Source of the DNA: an uncultured Gammaproteobacteria bacterium
Lineage (GTDB): Bacteria; Pseudomonadota; Gammaproteobacteria; CAWCPV01
DNA length: 64,000 bases
NCBI GenBank assembly: GCA_963797555.1
Contig: CAWCPV010000014.1
Coordinates: 96,001 to 160,000, forward strand
Direction of reading: 5' to 3'
Shown here: positions 29,371 to 40,102 of the stretch, piece after piece
Layout of the letters: the number at the start of each line of letters is the position of its first letter
Numbering within the stretch: position 1 is the stretch's first letter
Notes under the pieces: generated by a model
Seen by the model: the letters and a program-made list of their open reading frames with translations, nothing else
Databases searched by the model: none
Told to the model about the DNA's origin: nothing
Program-made: the position numbers and the translations under genes

Positions 29371-31959
29371 ATGAACCAACGCACCCTGCGGGTGGCGCCT
29401 GAGACTATCGTTTTGCGCCCGTTCCAACCCCGCGAACCGTCGCACGCGCGTCCTCGATTCCCGGTATCGGCCCTGAGAATCCTTTGGTCCTGTCCTCGTG
29501 CACCTTTGGCCCCGATCGCTGATTTACCCAGCGCGTCTCCCATCTCCCGACCCACGCGTGACGGCACACATCTCTCGCGGCTCGCCTTCGCCGCGATCCT
29601 GCGCGCCGGGGTGCCCATCGCAGCGGCGGTTGCGACGATCGCCGCGCCTCAGCTCGCCCTGGCGCAATCCGAGCCGGTTCATGGCGTCGCGCGGGATGCG
29701 TTGCAGCGGCCGCTGGCGAATGTCGGCATCCGCCTGGAGACGCCCGAGGGCAAGGTTGTGGCGCGCACCACGACCGATGAGAACGGACGTTTCTCGCTCC
29801 GCGGCGTGGCGCCAGGCGTCTATTCGCTCATCGGCGACAAGGGCGGCTTCGAAACCGCCACCGCGATCGTGACAGTCGGCGCCAAGGGCGCGTCGAGCGA
29901 TCTCACCCTCGCCTCGAAAGAGGCGCTCGGTCTGCGCGTCACTGCCGAGCGGCTCGCGGCCGCGCGCAGCAATATCCAGCCGCCGATCGGCGCCAGCACT
30001 TATACGCTGAGCCAACAGGCCATCGCGAGCCAGCCTCGCGGGGAGAATACGCCGCTCAATCAAACGCTGTTGCAGGCGCCGGGCGTATCGCAGGATTCCT
30101 TCGGTCAAATCCATGTCCGCAACGACCACGCCAATGTGCAGTACCGCATCAATGGCGTGATCCTGCCCGAAGGCATCAGCTTTTTCGGCCAGAGCCTGAC
30201 CTCGCGTTTCGCCTCATCGATCGACCTCATTGCCGGCTCGCTGCCGGCGCAATACGGGCTGGTCACGGCCGGTGTCTTCGACATTACCACCAAGTCGGGC
30301 GCCTTCGAGCCGGGCGGGTCGGTCGGCATGTACGGCGGCAGCCATGCCTGGCTCGAACCCAGCATCGAGGATGCCGGCTCGGTCGGCAGCTTCAACTATT
30401 ACGTCGCGGGCGACTACCTTCAGAACGACATCGGCATCGAAAATCCGACCGCGTCCTATGATCCGATTCATGATTTCACCCAGCAGGGTCACGGCTTCGC
30501 CTATCTCGAGGATATTCTCGATCCTACCAGCAAGGTCAGCGCCATCCTGGGCGCTTATCACGGGTCATTCCAGATTCCGAACAGCCCCGGCCAGATGCCG
30601 AGCTTTCAATACGGCGGCCAGACCAACTTCGATTCCACGCTGCTCAACCAGAACCAGAACGAGAGCAACGACTATGCGGCGGTGTCCTATCTGAAATCGA
30701 CCCAGGACTACGACTTTCAGATTTCCGCTTACGCCCGCTTCAGCCGCCTTGCCTACTCGCCCGACCAGGTCGGGGATTTGATGTTCTATGGCATCGCGCA
30801 GAACGCAACCCGCGAAGACACCGCGGAGGGCCTTCAGGCCGACAGCACCTATCGCCTGGGCGGCGGCCACACCCTGCGGTTCGGCGCGCAGTTCGGTGCC
30901 GAACACGCGACCTCCGACACCAACTCCCTGGTCTTTCCCTGTTTCAATCCGGACTGCTCGAGCGTCGGCACGAGCCCGGTATCCGTCGCCGACAGCAGCG
31001 CCAAGAACGGGTACACCTATAGCGTCTATCTACAGGACGAATGGAAGGTGCTGCCGAAGCTCACGGTCAATTACGGCGGGCGCTTCGATCTCCTCAACGC
31101 CTACACGAACGCGAACCAGCTCAGCCCGCGCATCAACACCGTGTGGAAGCCCAACCCCGACACCACTTTCCATGCCGGCTATTCGCGCTATTTCACGCCG
31201 CCGGCCTTGGAGCTGATCTCCGGTCTATCCATCGCCAAGTTCGCCGGCACGACCGGCTATCCCGCGGGCTACACGCCGGAATCACCCCCATTGGATTCCC
31301 CGATCCTGCCGGAGCGCTCCAACTATTTCGATATGGGAGTCGACCACGTCTTTCTGCCCGGGCTGAAGCTCGGCGTCGACGCCTATTACAAGCGCGCGGA
31401 CGATCTGATCGACGAGGGGCAGTTCGGCGCACCGATCATCCTCTCGGTGTTCAACTACGCGCAGGCCAACGTTTACGGGGTGGAATTCAGCGGCAGCTAC
31501 AGTCGCGGCAACTGGTCGGCCTATGGGAATCTCGCCGTGGGGCGGGAGTTAGCCAATCAAGTCGATTCGCAGCAGTTCAATTTCAGCCCGGACGACCTCG
31601 CCTATATCGCGGACCACTACATCTACACCGACCACAGCCAATGGGTCACCGCCTCGGGCGGCGTGGCCTACAACTGGCGTGGCACACGCTTCAGCGCCGA
31701 CCTCATCTATGGTTCGGGGCTCAGGGAAGACAGCGATGATGTCCCCAACGGGGGCACCGTGCCGGGTTATGCGCAGGTGAATTGCGGTGTCTCGCACCGT
31801 TTCAAGGATGCGCCGGGCGGGCCCATCGAGCTGAGTCTCAGCCTGGTCAATCTGTCCGACAACATCTACCAAATCCGCTCCGGCTCCGGGGTCGGGGTGT
31901 TCGCACCGCAGTATGGGCCACGGCGCACCATCTACGCCGGGATCCGCAAGTTCTTTTAG
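29371..31959 (+). CDS. TonB-dependent receptor with N-terminal carboxypeptidase-regulatory-like domain
   Basis: QAPGVSQDS plug motif, YLQDEWK, SPRIN, PERSNYFD, C-terminal Phe. Start codon uncertain. Confidence 0.92.
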   Translation: MNQRTLRVAPETIVLRPFQPREPSHARPRFPVSALRILWSCPRAPLAPIADLPSASPISRPTRDGTHLSRLAFAAILRAGVPIAAAVATIAAPQLALAQSEPVHGVARDALQRPLANVGIRLETPEGKVVARTTTDENGRFSLRGVAPGVYSLIGDKGGFETATAIVTVGAKGASSDLTLASKEALGLRVTAERLAAARSNIQPPIGASTYTLSQQAIASQPRGENTPLNQTLLQAPGVSQDSFGQIHVRNDHANVQYRINGVILPEGISFFGQSLTSRFASSIDLIAGSLPAQYGLVTAGVFDITTKSGAFEPGGSVGMYGGSHAWLEPSIEDAGSVGSFNYYVAGDYLQNDIGIENPTASYDPIHDFTQQGHGFAYLEDILDPTSKVSAILGAYHGSFQIPNSPGQMPSFQYGGQTNFDSTLLNQNQNESNDYAAVSYLKSTQDYDFQISAYARFSRLAYSPDQVGDLMFYGIAQNATREDTAEGLQADSTYRLGGGHTLRFGAQFGAEHATSDTNSLVFPCFNPDCSSVGTSPVSVADSSAKNGYTYSVYLQDEWKVLPKLTVNYGGRFDLLNAYTNANQLSPRINTVWKPNPDTTFHAGYSRYFTPPALELISGLSIAKFAGTTGYPAGYTPESPPLDSPILPERSNYFDMGVDHVFLPGLKLGVDAYYKRADDLIDEGQFGAPIILSVFNYAQANVYGVEFSGSYSRGNWSAYGNLAVGRELANQVDSQQFNFSPDDLAYIADHYIYTDHSQWVTASGGVAYNWRGTRFSADLIYGSGLREDSDDVPNGGTVPGYAQVNCGVSHRFKDAPGGPIELSLSLVNLSDNIYQIRSGSGVGVFAPQYGPRRTIYAGIRKFF

Positions 31960-32126
31960 CGGGATGTCCGGTCCCATCGAATCACCCTTCGCTGTGTTTT
32001 CCGCAAGAGCGAGAACCCAGGACAAGCAAGGTGGGCTTGCCCTCGGTCTCTGCTATCGCGGGGACGACGAAGGGACTTTTCAACCTGAGCGCATTCGGCG
32101 CTAGCCGAACCGGGGGGGATCTGCGA

Positions 32127-32774
32127 ATGGAACGCTGGAGCGAATTGGTCGGGGCGCTGCAAGTAGGCGGCGTGGTGGTATATCCCCTCATGCTTCTGGC
32201 GGTGGTCGCCGTCGTCATCGTGATCGAAAAGGCGTTCGTGTTTTCGGTGCGGGCGCGCTTGTCGGCGAATATTGTCGACCTGGTCGAGACCTACGGTTTC
32301 CGCTGGGAGGATCTGGCGGGTGAAATCGGCCGGCTCGATGCACGCAATCACTTCGCGCGCTTCTTCCGCGTCATCCTCGACAATCGCGCGCATCCCCCGT
32401 GGTGGGTGGAATCGCGCGTCGCCGACGAAGCCAGCCTGATCGAGAAATCCTTGGCGCGCTGGCTGTGGATTCTGGAAACCATCGTCACCGCGGCACCGCT
32501 GCTCGGTCTTCTCGGCACCATCACCGGCATGATCCGTTCGTTCAAACTGTTCGGCAGCCAAGGCCTGGTCGATCCAGCCGGAGTCACGGGCGGGGTCGCC
32601 GAGGCCCTGATCGCGACCGCGCTGGGCTTGTTCATCGCGCTCATCGCGCTGTTCGCCTTCAATTATTTTTCCTCTCGGCAAGCGCAGATCATGGACGAGA
32701 TGGAGCGGCTCGGCACGCGGCTCATCGATCATATCCGGCTCGACGCCCAGGGCGGGGGCCATGAAGCTGCGTAA
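32127..32774 (+). CDS. exbB: MotA/TolQ/ExbB proton channel
   Basis: AAPLLGLLGTITGMI, GVAEALIATALGL. Confidence 0.9.
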   Translation: MERWSELVGALQVGGVVVYPLMLLAVVAVVIVIEKAFVFSVRARLSANIVDLVETYGFRWEDLAGEIGRLDARNHFARFFRVILDNRAHPPWWVESRVADEASLIEKSLARWLWILETIVTAAPLLGLLGTITGMIRSFKLFGSQGLVDPAGVTGGVAEALIATALGLFIALIALFAFNYFSSRQAQIMDEMERLGTRLIDHIRLDAQGGGHEAA

Positions 32775-33162
32775 GCTGCGCCAGCGGCGACGGGGCCGCA
32801 TCGAGATCATTCCCATGATCGATGTCATGTTCTTCCTGCTCGCGACCTTCCTGCTTGCCTCGCTCGCCTTGCAGAATCTGCATTCGCTGCGCGTCGATCT
32901 GCCGCAAGGGCATGCCGCGCCGAATCAGACCCGAAAATCCGTGACCCTGACCGTGACCAAGGCCGGCGACCTGTTGCTGAACGAGATACCGGTCACGCTA
33001 GACACCCTCGCCGTGGCACTGGAGCCGCTCTTGGGGCCAAGCGACAAGATGATCGTCGTCGCGGCGGACAAGGCGGCGCCGAACGGGGTGGTGGTTCAGG
33101 CCATGCTGCGGGCGCGCGAGACCGGTGCGGAACAATTCGTCTTCGCCATCCGCAAGGAATAA
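32761..33162 (+). CDS. exbD: ExbD/TolR protein
   Basis: IEIIPMIDVMFFLLATF, VDLP, AADK. Confidence 0.92.
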   Translation: MKLRKLRQRRRGRIEIIPMIDVMFFLLATFLLASLALQNLHSLRVDLPQGHAAPNQTRKSVTLTVTKAGDLLLNEIPVTLDTLAVALEPLLGPSDKMIVVAADKAAPNGVVVQAMLRARETGAEQFVFAIRKE

Positions 33163-33164
33163 AC

Positions 33165-33860
33165 GTGCCGGCGGGAAGGTGCGGGTCGGACGGACCGTGG
33201 GGTCGGCTGGTCTGGTCGCTGCCGGCCGCACTCGTCATCACGGCGCTCGGGGTTGCCGGGTTCCTCGATGTCCTGGCTCAGGCACCCCTCCCGCCTGCGC
33301 CCAAGCAGGTCGCGATGTGGATCGTCGAGCTGCCGCCCGAGCCGCCACCACCCCAGGCTCCGCCCGTGAGCGAAACCGCGCCCCCGCCACCCCCAAAAGC
33401 CTTGCCGCCACCACCCCCGGAAAAGCCGGAACCGCCGCGACCGCACCGCACCATTCCCCCCGAGGCGAGGCGGCCGCGACCGCGTCGCGCGATCCGGCAC
33501 GAGGCGACGCGGCCGCGCCACGCAGTACCGCCGGCGGCCGCACCGCCGCCACCGCCGCAGGCAAGCACAACCCGCAACCCGCCGGGCGGCGTCACCATGG
33601 GGGCTCGAGCGCTCTACAAGCCGATCCCGGAAATTCCCGAGGAACTGCGGCATCGCCATCTGAGCCTGGTGGCGATGGCGCGGTTTCGCGTCGCTGCCGA
33701 TGGCAGCGCCGATGTGGGGTTGATACAGACAACGCCCGACCCACGCCTGAACACGGCGCTGATCGCGGCCCTGAAAAAGTGGCGCTTCTTCCCGGCGATG
33801 GCAAACGGGCGTCCGGTCGCCTCGACCATCGACATCCGAATTCCGGTCGAGGTGCAATAG
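33165..33860 (+). CDS. tonB: TonB energy transducer
   Basis: TM helix, Pro-rich spacer, C-terminal WRFFPAMANGRPV. Confidence 0.85.
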   Translation: MPAGRCGSDGPWGRLVWSLPAALVITALGVAGFLDVLAQAPLPPAPKQVAMWIVELPPEPPPPQAPPVSETAPPPPPKALPPPPPEKPEPPRPHRTIPPEARRPRPRRAIRHEATRPRHAVPPAAAPPPPPQASTTRNPPGGVTMGARALYKPIPEIPEELRHRHLSLVAMARFRVAADGSADVGLIQTTPDPRLNTALIAALKKWRFFPAMANGRPVASTIDIRIPVEVQ

Positions 33861-34120
33861 CGTCGGATACGAAGTAGATGGCGTTTCTCGTCTTCATCGG
33901 GAGAGCACGGTGAGAAAAGTGACGATCAATTCTCGGCAGGAGTCCGGGCAGGCAAGGGTGCTGGCGGTTTGCTTCCAGCACACCTCCAATGCCCATCTTT
34001 AGAAGAAGAACCGCGCGTCGACCTTCCCATGGTACAGCTAGAGTATCGTTTCTGAGGCCGGCGGCATTGGGGATTGCGATGCGCATCCACTTGCCACAGG
34101 CAAGCACGGACGGCCGCAGG

Positions 34121-35026
34121 ATGCGGCCTGCTGTCCCCGTGGTAACCCTGTTGGCGCTGGCTGCGGCTCTGGGTGCGGGGGCGCGGGAGAGGGGTGTTGT
34201 GAATCCACCGCCGCTCCCCCCGCTCGTCAATCCGGCAGATCCCACGGTGCCCGCCAAGGAGCTATTCGCTCGCAAGCTCGAACCGGCACATTTGGCCGCG
34301 TAAGCCATCGGAACTTACGCGCGCGGCTGCCTGGCAGGCGCAGTCGCGCTGCCTATGAACGGCAAGACCTGGCAGGTGATGCGCCCATCGCGCAACCGCA
34401 ATTGGGGCCACCCAAGTCTCATCCGCTTCCTCGAACGCTTGGCCGATGCGGTCCCTCGATCGGCGGGCTGGCCGGGGCTTCTCGTGGGCGATTTCCAGCC
34501 GGGGGGGCCGACGCTGACCGGCCATGCCAGCCACCAGATCGGGCTCGATGCGGACATCTGGCTGACACCGATGCCCGACCATCCGCTTTCCCGTGCGGAG
34601 CGCGAAGAGATGTTGGCGACCGACGTCGTCGCCGCCGACGGCAAGGATGTCGACCCGAAGGTCTGGACGCCGGCTCAGGTCGCGGTGATTCGCGCCGCGG
34701 CCCGAGATCCGGATATCGAGCGCATCTTCGTCCACGCCGCCATCAAGAAGGCGCTGTGCCGCGACGCCGGAGCCAATCGCGCGTGGCTGCAAAAGGTACG
34801 TCCGTGGTGGCATCACGAGCGCCACTTCCATGTCCGGCTTCGCTGTCCAGCCGACAGTCCGGACTGTCACGGCCAACGACCGGCACCTGCGGGCGACGGC
34901 TGCGGCAAAGACCTTGACTGGTGGTTTACCGACGCCGTGCTTCATCCTACGCCCCAGCCGCCAAAGCCGCCGCTCAAGATGGCCGATCTGCCGCCAGCAT
35001 GCCGACAGGTGCTCATGGCACCCTGA
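34121..35026 (+). pseudogene. mepA: Penicillin-insensitive murein endopeptidase with in-frame stop
   Basis: TAA at 34301-34303 is in frame before AIGTYARGCLAGA. GHASHQIGLDADIW and HFHVRLRCP present; the QPRGGP motif is shortened. Confidence 0.8.
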
Positions 35027-35207
35027 GGAAGGGGCCGCGAAGTCGGGCTAACGACCCGACCACGGGCCAGATGCGCGCAAGCCGAACCTTTCCTCGGCGT
35101 GGTCCGGCCGGGCGCCGAGTGCGGGATATCCCGCAGTCCTGTGGGAAAGCGCGCAGCCCGCGTGCTTGTCACGCAGTTAACCGCCTGATTGCATGGGCGT
35201 GTTCGTT

Positions 35208-35223
35208 TGGCACGCTGGTTGCC
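35208..35223 (+). promoter_or_regulatory. Putative sigma54 promoter
   Basis: TGGCACGCTGGTTGCC, near consensus, upstream of the Tat-exported gene. Confidence 0.55.
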
Positions 35224-35340
35224 TAGCTGCCATGGGGCGGCGCGCACGCCAGGCCGTGGATGGTTCGATCCCTGCCCATCGCTTGGCGCGGCGGGTGCTC
35301 ATGGGGTTCGGGTACTCTTGAAGACAAAGGAGCGGAGCCA

Positions 35341-35694
35341 ATGAACGAGATCGAGAGCGATCGCCGGAAATTCATCCTGAAGGCCTGTGCCGCGGCTGCC
35401 GGATCCGTGCTGGGAGCAGGGATGATCGGGCGAGCGGTGGCAGGCGAGCACGAGAGTGGCGGGGCGATGGGCCACGGTAGCGCCGACGGCTACGTCATGG
35501 ACAGCACGGTCACCAAGCACTGCGCCACCTGCGAATTCTGGGGTGGGCCACGCCGCCTATCGCAAGATCGCAAGAGCATCACCATCACCGGCTTAGGTTG
35601 GTGCAACAACCCGGAGAGCCTGAACTACCAGAAGCTGACGAGCCCGGAGCACGGGCCCATGGACGCCTGGAAGAAGTGGCAGCTTATCGGGTAG
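35341..35694 (+). CDS. Small Tat-exported Cys-containing protein (HiPIP-like spacing)
   Basis: AAGGAG RBS, SDRRKFIL Tat motif, CATCEFW...GWC. Confidence 0.7.
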   Translation: MNEIESDRRKFILKACAAAAGSVLGAGMIGRAVAGEHESGGAMGHGSADGYVMDSTVTKHCATCEFWGGPRRLSQDRKSITITGLGWCNNPESLNYQKLTSPEHGPMDAWKKWQLIG

Positions 35695-36146
35695 CCTGGT
35701 TCGAGAAGAAGCCAACCGAGCCGCGCATGTCCGCCTCTGGCACATGGGGCGGACAGCGTTGGCGTGACCCCGCATGTCTCGTGCGGACTCGATTCGTCGC
35801 GACCGCCCCCAGGTGCTATCGCCGGTGTTGGAGGTCGGGACCCGTGCCATCTGCGAAGCATCCCGACGTGCGGATCACGCCAGGGGCGAGCGCGCCTCCC
35901 GGCCGGTAGTGGCGACACCACCTCTTAATCCCTTGCCAAGGAGCACCGAACGTGCATTTTGCGCCGCACCAGTCGCGCCTCTCGAGTCAGTCACCCCAAC
36001 AGGCTGATGGTCGAGATTTCCGGTCTTGCATCTTGGCCTCCTCACCAATCCTCCCCCTGCCCGGGGGAGGGGAGGGCAGGGGTGCGGCGACTGACTCGTC
36101 CAGGTCTGCGTGGCGTTGGCAGGTTATTCCGCTAACCGCTCTCCTC

Positions 36147-37082
36147 ATGCCGGCGGCGCTGTTGTTGGGGTTGTCGCCGGTAGCGGCGTGGTCTCACGGA
36201 TTTGCCGGCAAGCGCTTCTTCCCCGCTACACTGGCTACAGACGACCCCTTCGTCAACGACGAAGGTGGCTTTCTGCTGAGTAACATCAAGGAGCCGGGGA
36301 GCGAGGACGAGCCGTCCACCCTCGCCACCGAGATCTCAGCGGAATGGGCGAAGCGCATCACCCCTGACTTCGGTTTGGCCATAGGCGGTGCCTTCCAGCA
36401 CCTCGACCCCAAAGGGGAGCAAACTGTGAGCGGCTTCGGCAATATGGAGCTGGGTGCAAAATACCAGTTCCTAACCAACGCCGAACATGAAGCCATCCTA
36501 TCGGTCGGGGTGGGCGCTGAGGTGGGGGGTACCGGGGCGGAGCGGGTTGGCGCCGATCCGTTCTCTACCGTTTCGCCCACGTTCTTTTTCGGGAAAGGAA
36601 TGGGCGATCTACCGGACTCCGTGAAGATGCTGAGGCCGTTCGCGATCACCGGGGTGTTGGGCGTTGACTTCCCAACGGTTTCGACGGATGAGCAGACCGG
36701 AGAGAAGCCTCCGACCACCTTGAGCTGGGGATTTTCTCTCCAATACAATCTCCAGTACCTGCAATCCTTCGTCCGCGACGTGGGGCTTGGCCCCCCGTTC
36801 AACCGCATGATTCCGCTGGTCGAGTTTCCTATGGAGACTTGCATCAATCGGGCCTGTTCGGGGCAGACGACCGGCTTCGTGGACCCAGGCGTGATCTGGT
36901 TTGGCAAATATATCCAGCTCGGCTTGGAGGCCCAGATCCCGCTCAACTCTCGCACCGGCGACAACGTCGGAGTATTGGTCCAGGTGCATCTGTTTCTCGA
37001 CGATCTCTTCCCCAAGTCCATCGGGCGGCCGTTGTTCGGGGCGTCGGCCCCCAATCCGGCATGGTGGGGCGCCAGCCAGTAG
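36147..37082 (+). CDS. Exported putative outer-membrane protein upstream of copCD
   Basis: Signal peptide ending AWS-HGFAGKRFFPATLATDDPFV; amphipathic strands (GFGNMELGAKYQF). Start uncertain. Confidence 0.65.
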   Translation: MPAALLLGLSPVAAWSHGFAGKRFFPATLATDDPFVNDEGGFLLSNIKEPGSEDEPSTLATEISAEWAKRITPDFGLAIGGAFQHLDPKGEQTVSGFGNMELGAKYQFLTNAEHEAILSVGVGAEVGGTGAERVGADPFSTVSPTFFFGKGMGDLPDSVKMLRPFAITGVLGVDFPTVSTDEQTGEKPPTTLSWGFSLQYNLQYLQSFVRDVGLGPPFNRMIPLVEFPMETCINRACSGQTTGFVDPGVIWFGKYIQLGLEAQIPLNSRTGDNVGVLVQVHLFLDDLFPKSIGRPLFGASAPNPAWWGASQ

Positions 37083-37432
37083 CCAGCGCGACGTTGGCAA
37101 TGGTACTCGCGGCCCTGTGGCTTCCGAGCGCCTGGGGCCACGCGTTCCTCGACCACGCCGAGCCTGCCGTCGGCGCGCAACTCGCCGCGCCACCCGCTCG
37201 GATCGTGCTTCACTTTGACAGCGAGCTCGAACAGCCATTCTCCGGCTTTCGTTTGGAGGATCCGAGCGGCCACGTGATCGAGCGAAGCGGTGTGCAGAGC
37301 GAGTCGGAGGACGCCACACAGCTCTCGATGCCCTGCCCAGCGCTTGCGCCCGGTACCTACCGCGTCCTCTGGAGCGTCGTCGCGCGGGACGGACACCATA
37401 CCGAAGGTGATTTCAGCTTTACGGTCCGGTAA
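37061..37432 (+). CDS. copC: Copper resistance protein CopC
   Basis: Signal peptide then N-terminal His (AWG-HAFL), GTYRVLWSVV, DGHHTEG. No Met-rich Cu(I) site. Confidence 0.92.
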   Translation: MVGRQPVASATLAMVLAALWLPSAWGHAFLDHAEPAVGAQLAAPPARIVLHFDSELEQPFSGFRLEDPSGHVIERSGVQSESEDATQLSMPCPALAPGTYRVLWSVVARDGHHTEGDFSFTVR

Positions 37433-37443
37433 GGTCCTATCCC

Positions 37444-38508
37444 GTGCATGACCCACTGCTCCACAGCCTTCCCACCCTTCTGGATCTCTTGGCGCTGGTC
37501 ACGCTGCTGGGTGTCCTGAGCTGCCACTTGTGGGTTCTCCCGCGCGAAGCAGACGTAGAAGGACGGGGAGCCGGCTTCGTAACCTGGGTCGGACTGAGCC
37601 GTCTGCTCGGCTGGGCTCTGGTGCTGTTGACGTTCACGAGCGTTCTCGTGCTGGTGGATCGCACCGTCGAGATGAGCCAGCAGCCCCTGAGCGCTGCGAT
37701 GCCGTTCTTGCCCACCGTCCTCTTCAAGAGTCACTACGGACGGGTCTGGTGGGCCAGGACGGGCGCCGTGCTCGCATTGTGGTTGGGGTGGAGGATGCTG
37801 GTGCGACGGAGGCGACTCGATGTCTCGGCGCTGATGTTCTGCGCCGCGGCGCTCGTGGCATGGACCTACAGCGCGACGGGCCATGCCTCCGATCGGGGCG
37901 ATTTCACCCTGGCCGAGGGGATGGACTGGCTGCATATGCTCGCCGTTTCGGCTTGGGGAGGCAGCATCCTGGCAATCGCCATCGCGGTACGCCCGTCATT
38001 GCCCCTGGAACCGGAGGGACAGCGGGCCTTCATCGCCGATACCGCCGAACGGTTGTCTAGGCTCGCCGGGATCGCCGTAGCGGGAGTCCTGGTGAGCGGG
38101 GTCTACGCTACCGCAATGCGCCTGCACAGCCTCGGCGATCTCTGGACTACACAGTACGGCAAGATCCTGCTCGTCAAGCTATCGTTGGTGCTCGCCATGA
38201 TCGTGCTCGGTGCCACCAACCGCTACTTCTATCTTCCCCGCTTACGCCGGTGGGGCGGGGAGTTGACAGTCCCGACCTACGGGTGGGGTCTATCGGATTT
38301 GGCGCGCAGGCTGCTGCCGAATCTGGGACCGCGCCGGGGGTCCGATGTCGCCCGCCGTTTCCTGCACCGGCTAGCCATTCAAGCGATTCTACTGGTTCTC
38401 GTACTCGCGTGCGTCGCGTTGCTTATCCATACCGCCCCGCCCCACCGGATGACTGTCCCGGCATCGACGCGTCACGGTCTGCAAAACGAGTTTTTCGCGA
38501 GCGCCTGA
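37444..38508 (+). CDS. copD: Copper resistance/uptake membrane protein CopD
   Basis: SATGHA, DWLHMLAVSAWGG, TQYGKILLVKL; follows copC. Confidence 0.9.
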   Translation: MHDPLLHSLPTLLDLLALVTLLGVLSCHLWVLPREADVEGRGAGFVTWVGLSRLLGWALVLLTFTSVLVLVDRTVEMSQQPLSAAMPFLPTVLFKSHYGRVWWARTGAVLALWLGWRMLVRRRRLDVSALMFCAAALVAWTYSATGHASDRGDFTLAEGMDWLHMLAVSAWGGSILAIAIAVRPSLPLEPEGQRAFIADTAERLSRLAGIAVAGVLVSGVYATAMRLHSLGDLWTTQYGKILLVKLSLVLAMIVLGATNRYFYLPRLRRWGGELTVPTYGWGLSDLARRLLPNLGPRRGSDVARRFLHRLAIQAILLVLVLACVALLIHTAPPHRMTVPASTRHGLQNEFFASA

Positions 38509-38759
38509 AACGGCGTCCTGTGCACCGTGGCCCGCCCTGGTGCGGCTCGCAGCCCCCGAGCAGCCGGCCCGCGAAACCGGGATGTCCCGGCGCAAGGCCG
38601 GTTCGCCGCCGATGCCCGACCGCGCGCCAGAGAGATCACCAGATGTCGCCAGCGCCGAAAGCCCTCAACCCCGTTCCATTAGACACCCGCTAAAAGGACA
38701 TGAGCCTCCCGCGCGAACCGGACTCCCGCCGTCAGGTCTAACACCCCCTTTTGTCCTCG

Positions 38760-38890
38760 CCACGCCCGGCTCGTCGTTGCCTTTGCGGGCGAGGAATCCG
38801 CCGAGCCGAGAGAAGAGCCGCACCACCGCATTGGGTCGGGGCGGTCTGCGGGGCGCCTTCTTCTTGTTCAGGATGAAGGCTGCCTGCCCC
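38760..38890 (-). mobile_element. IS4-family (Tn5/IS50-like) transposase C-terminal remnant
   Basis: FILNKKKAP...VVRLFSRLGGFLARKGNDEPG. Confidence 0.7.
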
Positions 38891-39040
38891 AAGGACCTAT
38901 TGCGGCGCAGCACCGCAACGTCTAATCTTGTGCAAGCGGCGGTCCATCGGCGACGCTCCCGATCCCGACGGAGATGGGACGTGTGCCGGCTCATGCCGGG
39001 AACGGGCGGTAGAGCGCGTGCGGATTAGGGGTATCTTCGC

Positions 39041-40102
39041 ATGGACACGGCAACACTGCTTTGGGTGGATCTGCAGGCAGGCACTTCCGGTAGGGCTCTC
39101 GATCCCTTGGACGTGCCTAACTGGCGCGCGTTCCGCCATGTAGGCTGTGAGGGATTAACGGAGGCCATCCACAGGTCGAATCCGTCGGTGTTGTTCTTCG
39201 AATACGACTACCCTACCCCGCTCGGACTGCGCACGCTGGAACAGATAAGGAAGGCGTTTCCTCAGTTACCCTTGTTCATGGTGACGGAGGAGCATTCCGA
39301 GGACCTCGCCGTCTGGGCCTTCCGTACCGGCGTGCGGGATTTCCTCATCAAGCCTATCGAGGCCAGAGACATCACCTCACGACTGCAAAGACTGCCGGAG
39401 CCTCGTCAATCCAACTCCCCTGCCCGGTCGAACATCCTGCCGCAGCAGTCGATTCCCCCGGCAGCCCGCTATGCGGCTCCGGCGTTGCCGAAAATGACAG
39501 CGCGCGCGGTCCGCTACATGGAGAGCCGCCTGCAGGAACGGATCACTCTGGAACAGATGGCCCTGTTTTGCGGCATGAGCCCGTTCCAGTTGAGCCGCGC
39601 GTTCAAGCGCGAGCACGGCGTGAATTTCAAGGAATTCCTCACCCGACAGCGCGTCGCCAAAGCGATGGAGTTGCTTGCGAATCCTCGCGCTGCGGTGGCC
39701 GATATCGCGTCTGCAGTGGGTTTTTCGGACCCGTCGTATTTCGCCAAGGTGTTTCGACGCCTGGTGGGTCGTTTGCCGTCGGATTACCGGGAGGGCGGGG
39801 CCATCTCGGGGCTCGTCTGTCTCAGCCTCACAGGCTTTTACATTTCGACCAGTTCGCAAGCGTGCTCGCCACGCTCGCTTAGCGCGGCGCGTTGGCTCGG
39901 CCAGGAGGGCTTGGTGGTTGCAGAGCGCTGTCTCAAGCGGCGCTTTCGCGACGGAGATCGCGTTTGCCTGCTCGCGACGCTCGCGTGCCGCGGCGTCGAT
40001 GGGTTCCCCCCGCCCAGTCGCCGGAGCGCCAGCCGCCGCAAGAAACTCCTCCGTGTTTGCAAGAAATTCCTACCACCCGATTTGGGCGTCCCTCTAATCT
40101 GA
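39041..40102 (+). CDS. AraC-family regulator with atypical receiver-like domain
   Basis: AVWAFRTGVRDFLIKP; ITLEQMA...LSRAFK; IASAVGFSDPSYFAKVFRR. Sequence beyond about 39800 looks like a read-through tail. Confidence 0.88.
   Translation: MDTATLLWVDLQAGTSGRALDPLDVPNWRAFRHVGCEGLTEAIHRSNPSVLFFEYDYPTPLGLRTLEQIRKAFPQLPLFMVTEEHSEDLAVWAFRTGVRDFLIKPIEARDITSRLQRLPEPRQSNSPARSNILPQQSIPPAARYAAPALPKMTARAVRYMESRLQERITLEQMALFCGMSPFQLSRAFKREHGVNFKEFLTRQRVAKAMELLANPRAAVADIASAVGFSDPSYFAKVFRRLVGRLPSDYREGGAISGLVCLSLTGFYISTSSQACSPRSLSAARWLGQEGLVVAERCLKRRFRDGDRVCLLATLACRGVDGFPPPSRRSASRRKKLLRVCKKFLPPDLGVPLI
40038..40071 (+). promoter_or_regulatory. 13-bp direct repeat at 21-bp spacing (AraC-type operator candidate)
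   Basis: GCAAGAAACTCCT (40038) and GCAAGAAATTCCT (40059), upstream of the oxidase operon. Confidence 0.55.

Noticed and set aside
34301-34303. Programmed readthrough or recoding in mepA
   Set aside because: The stop is TAA, and other small deletions point to decay or error.
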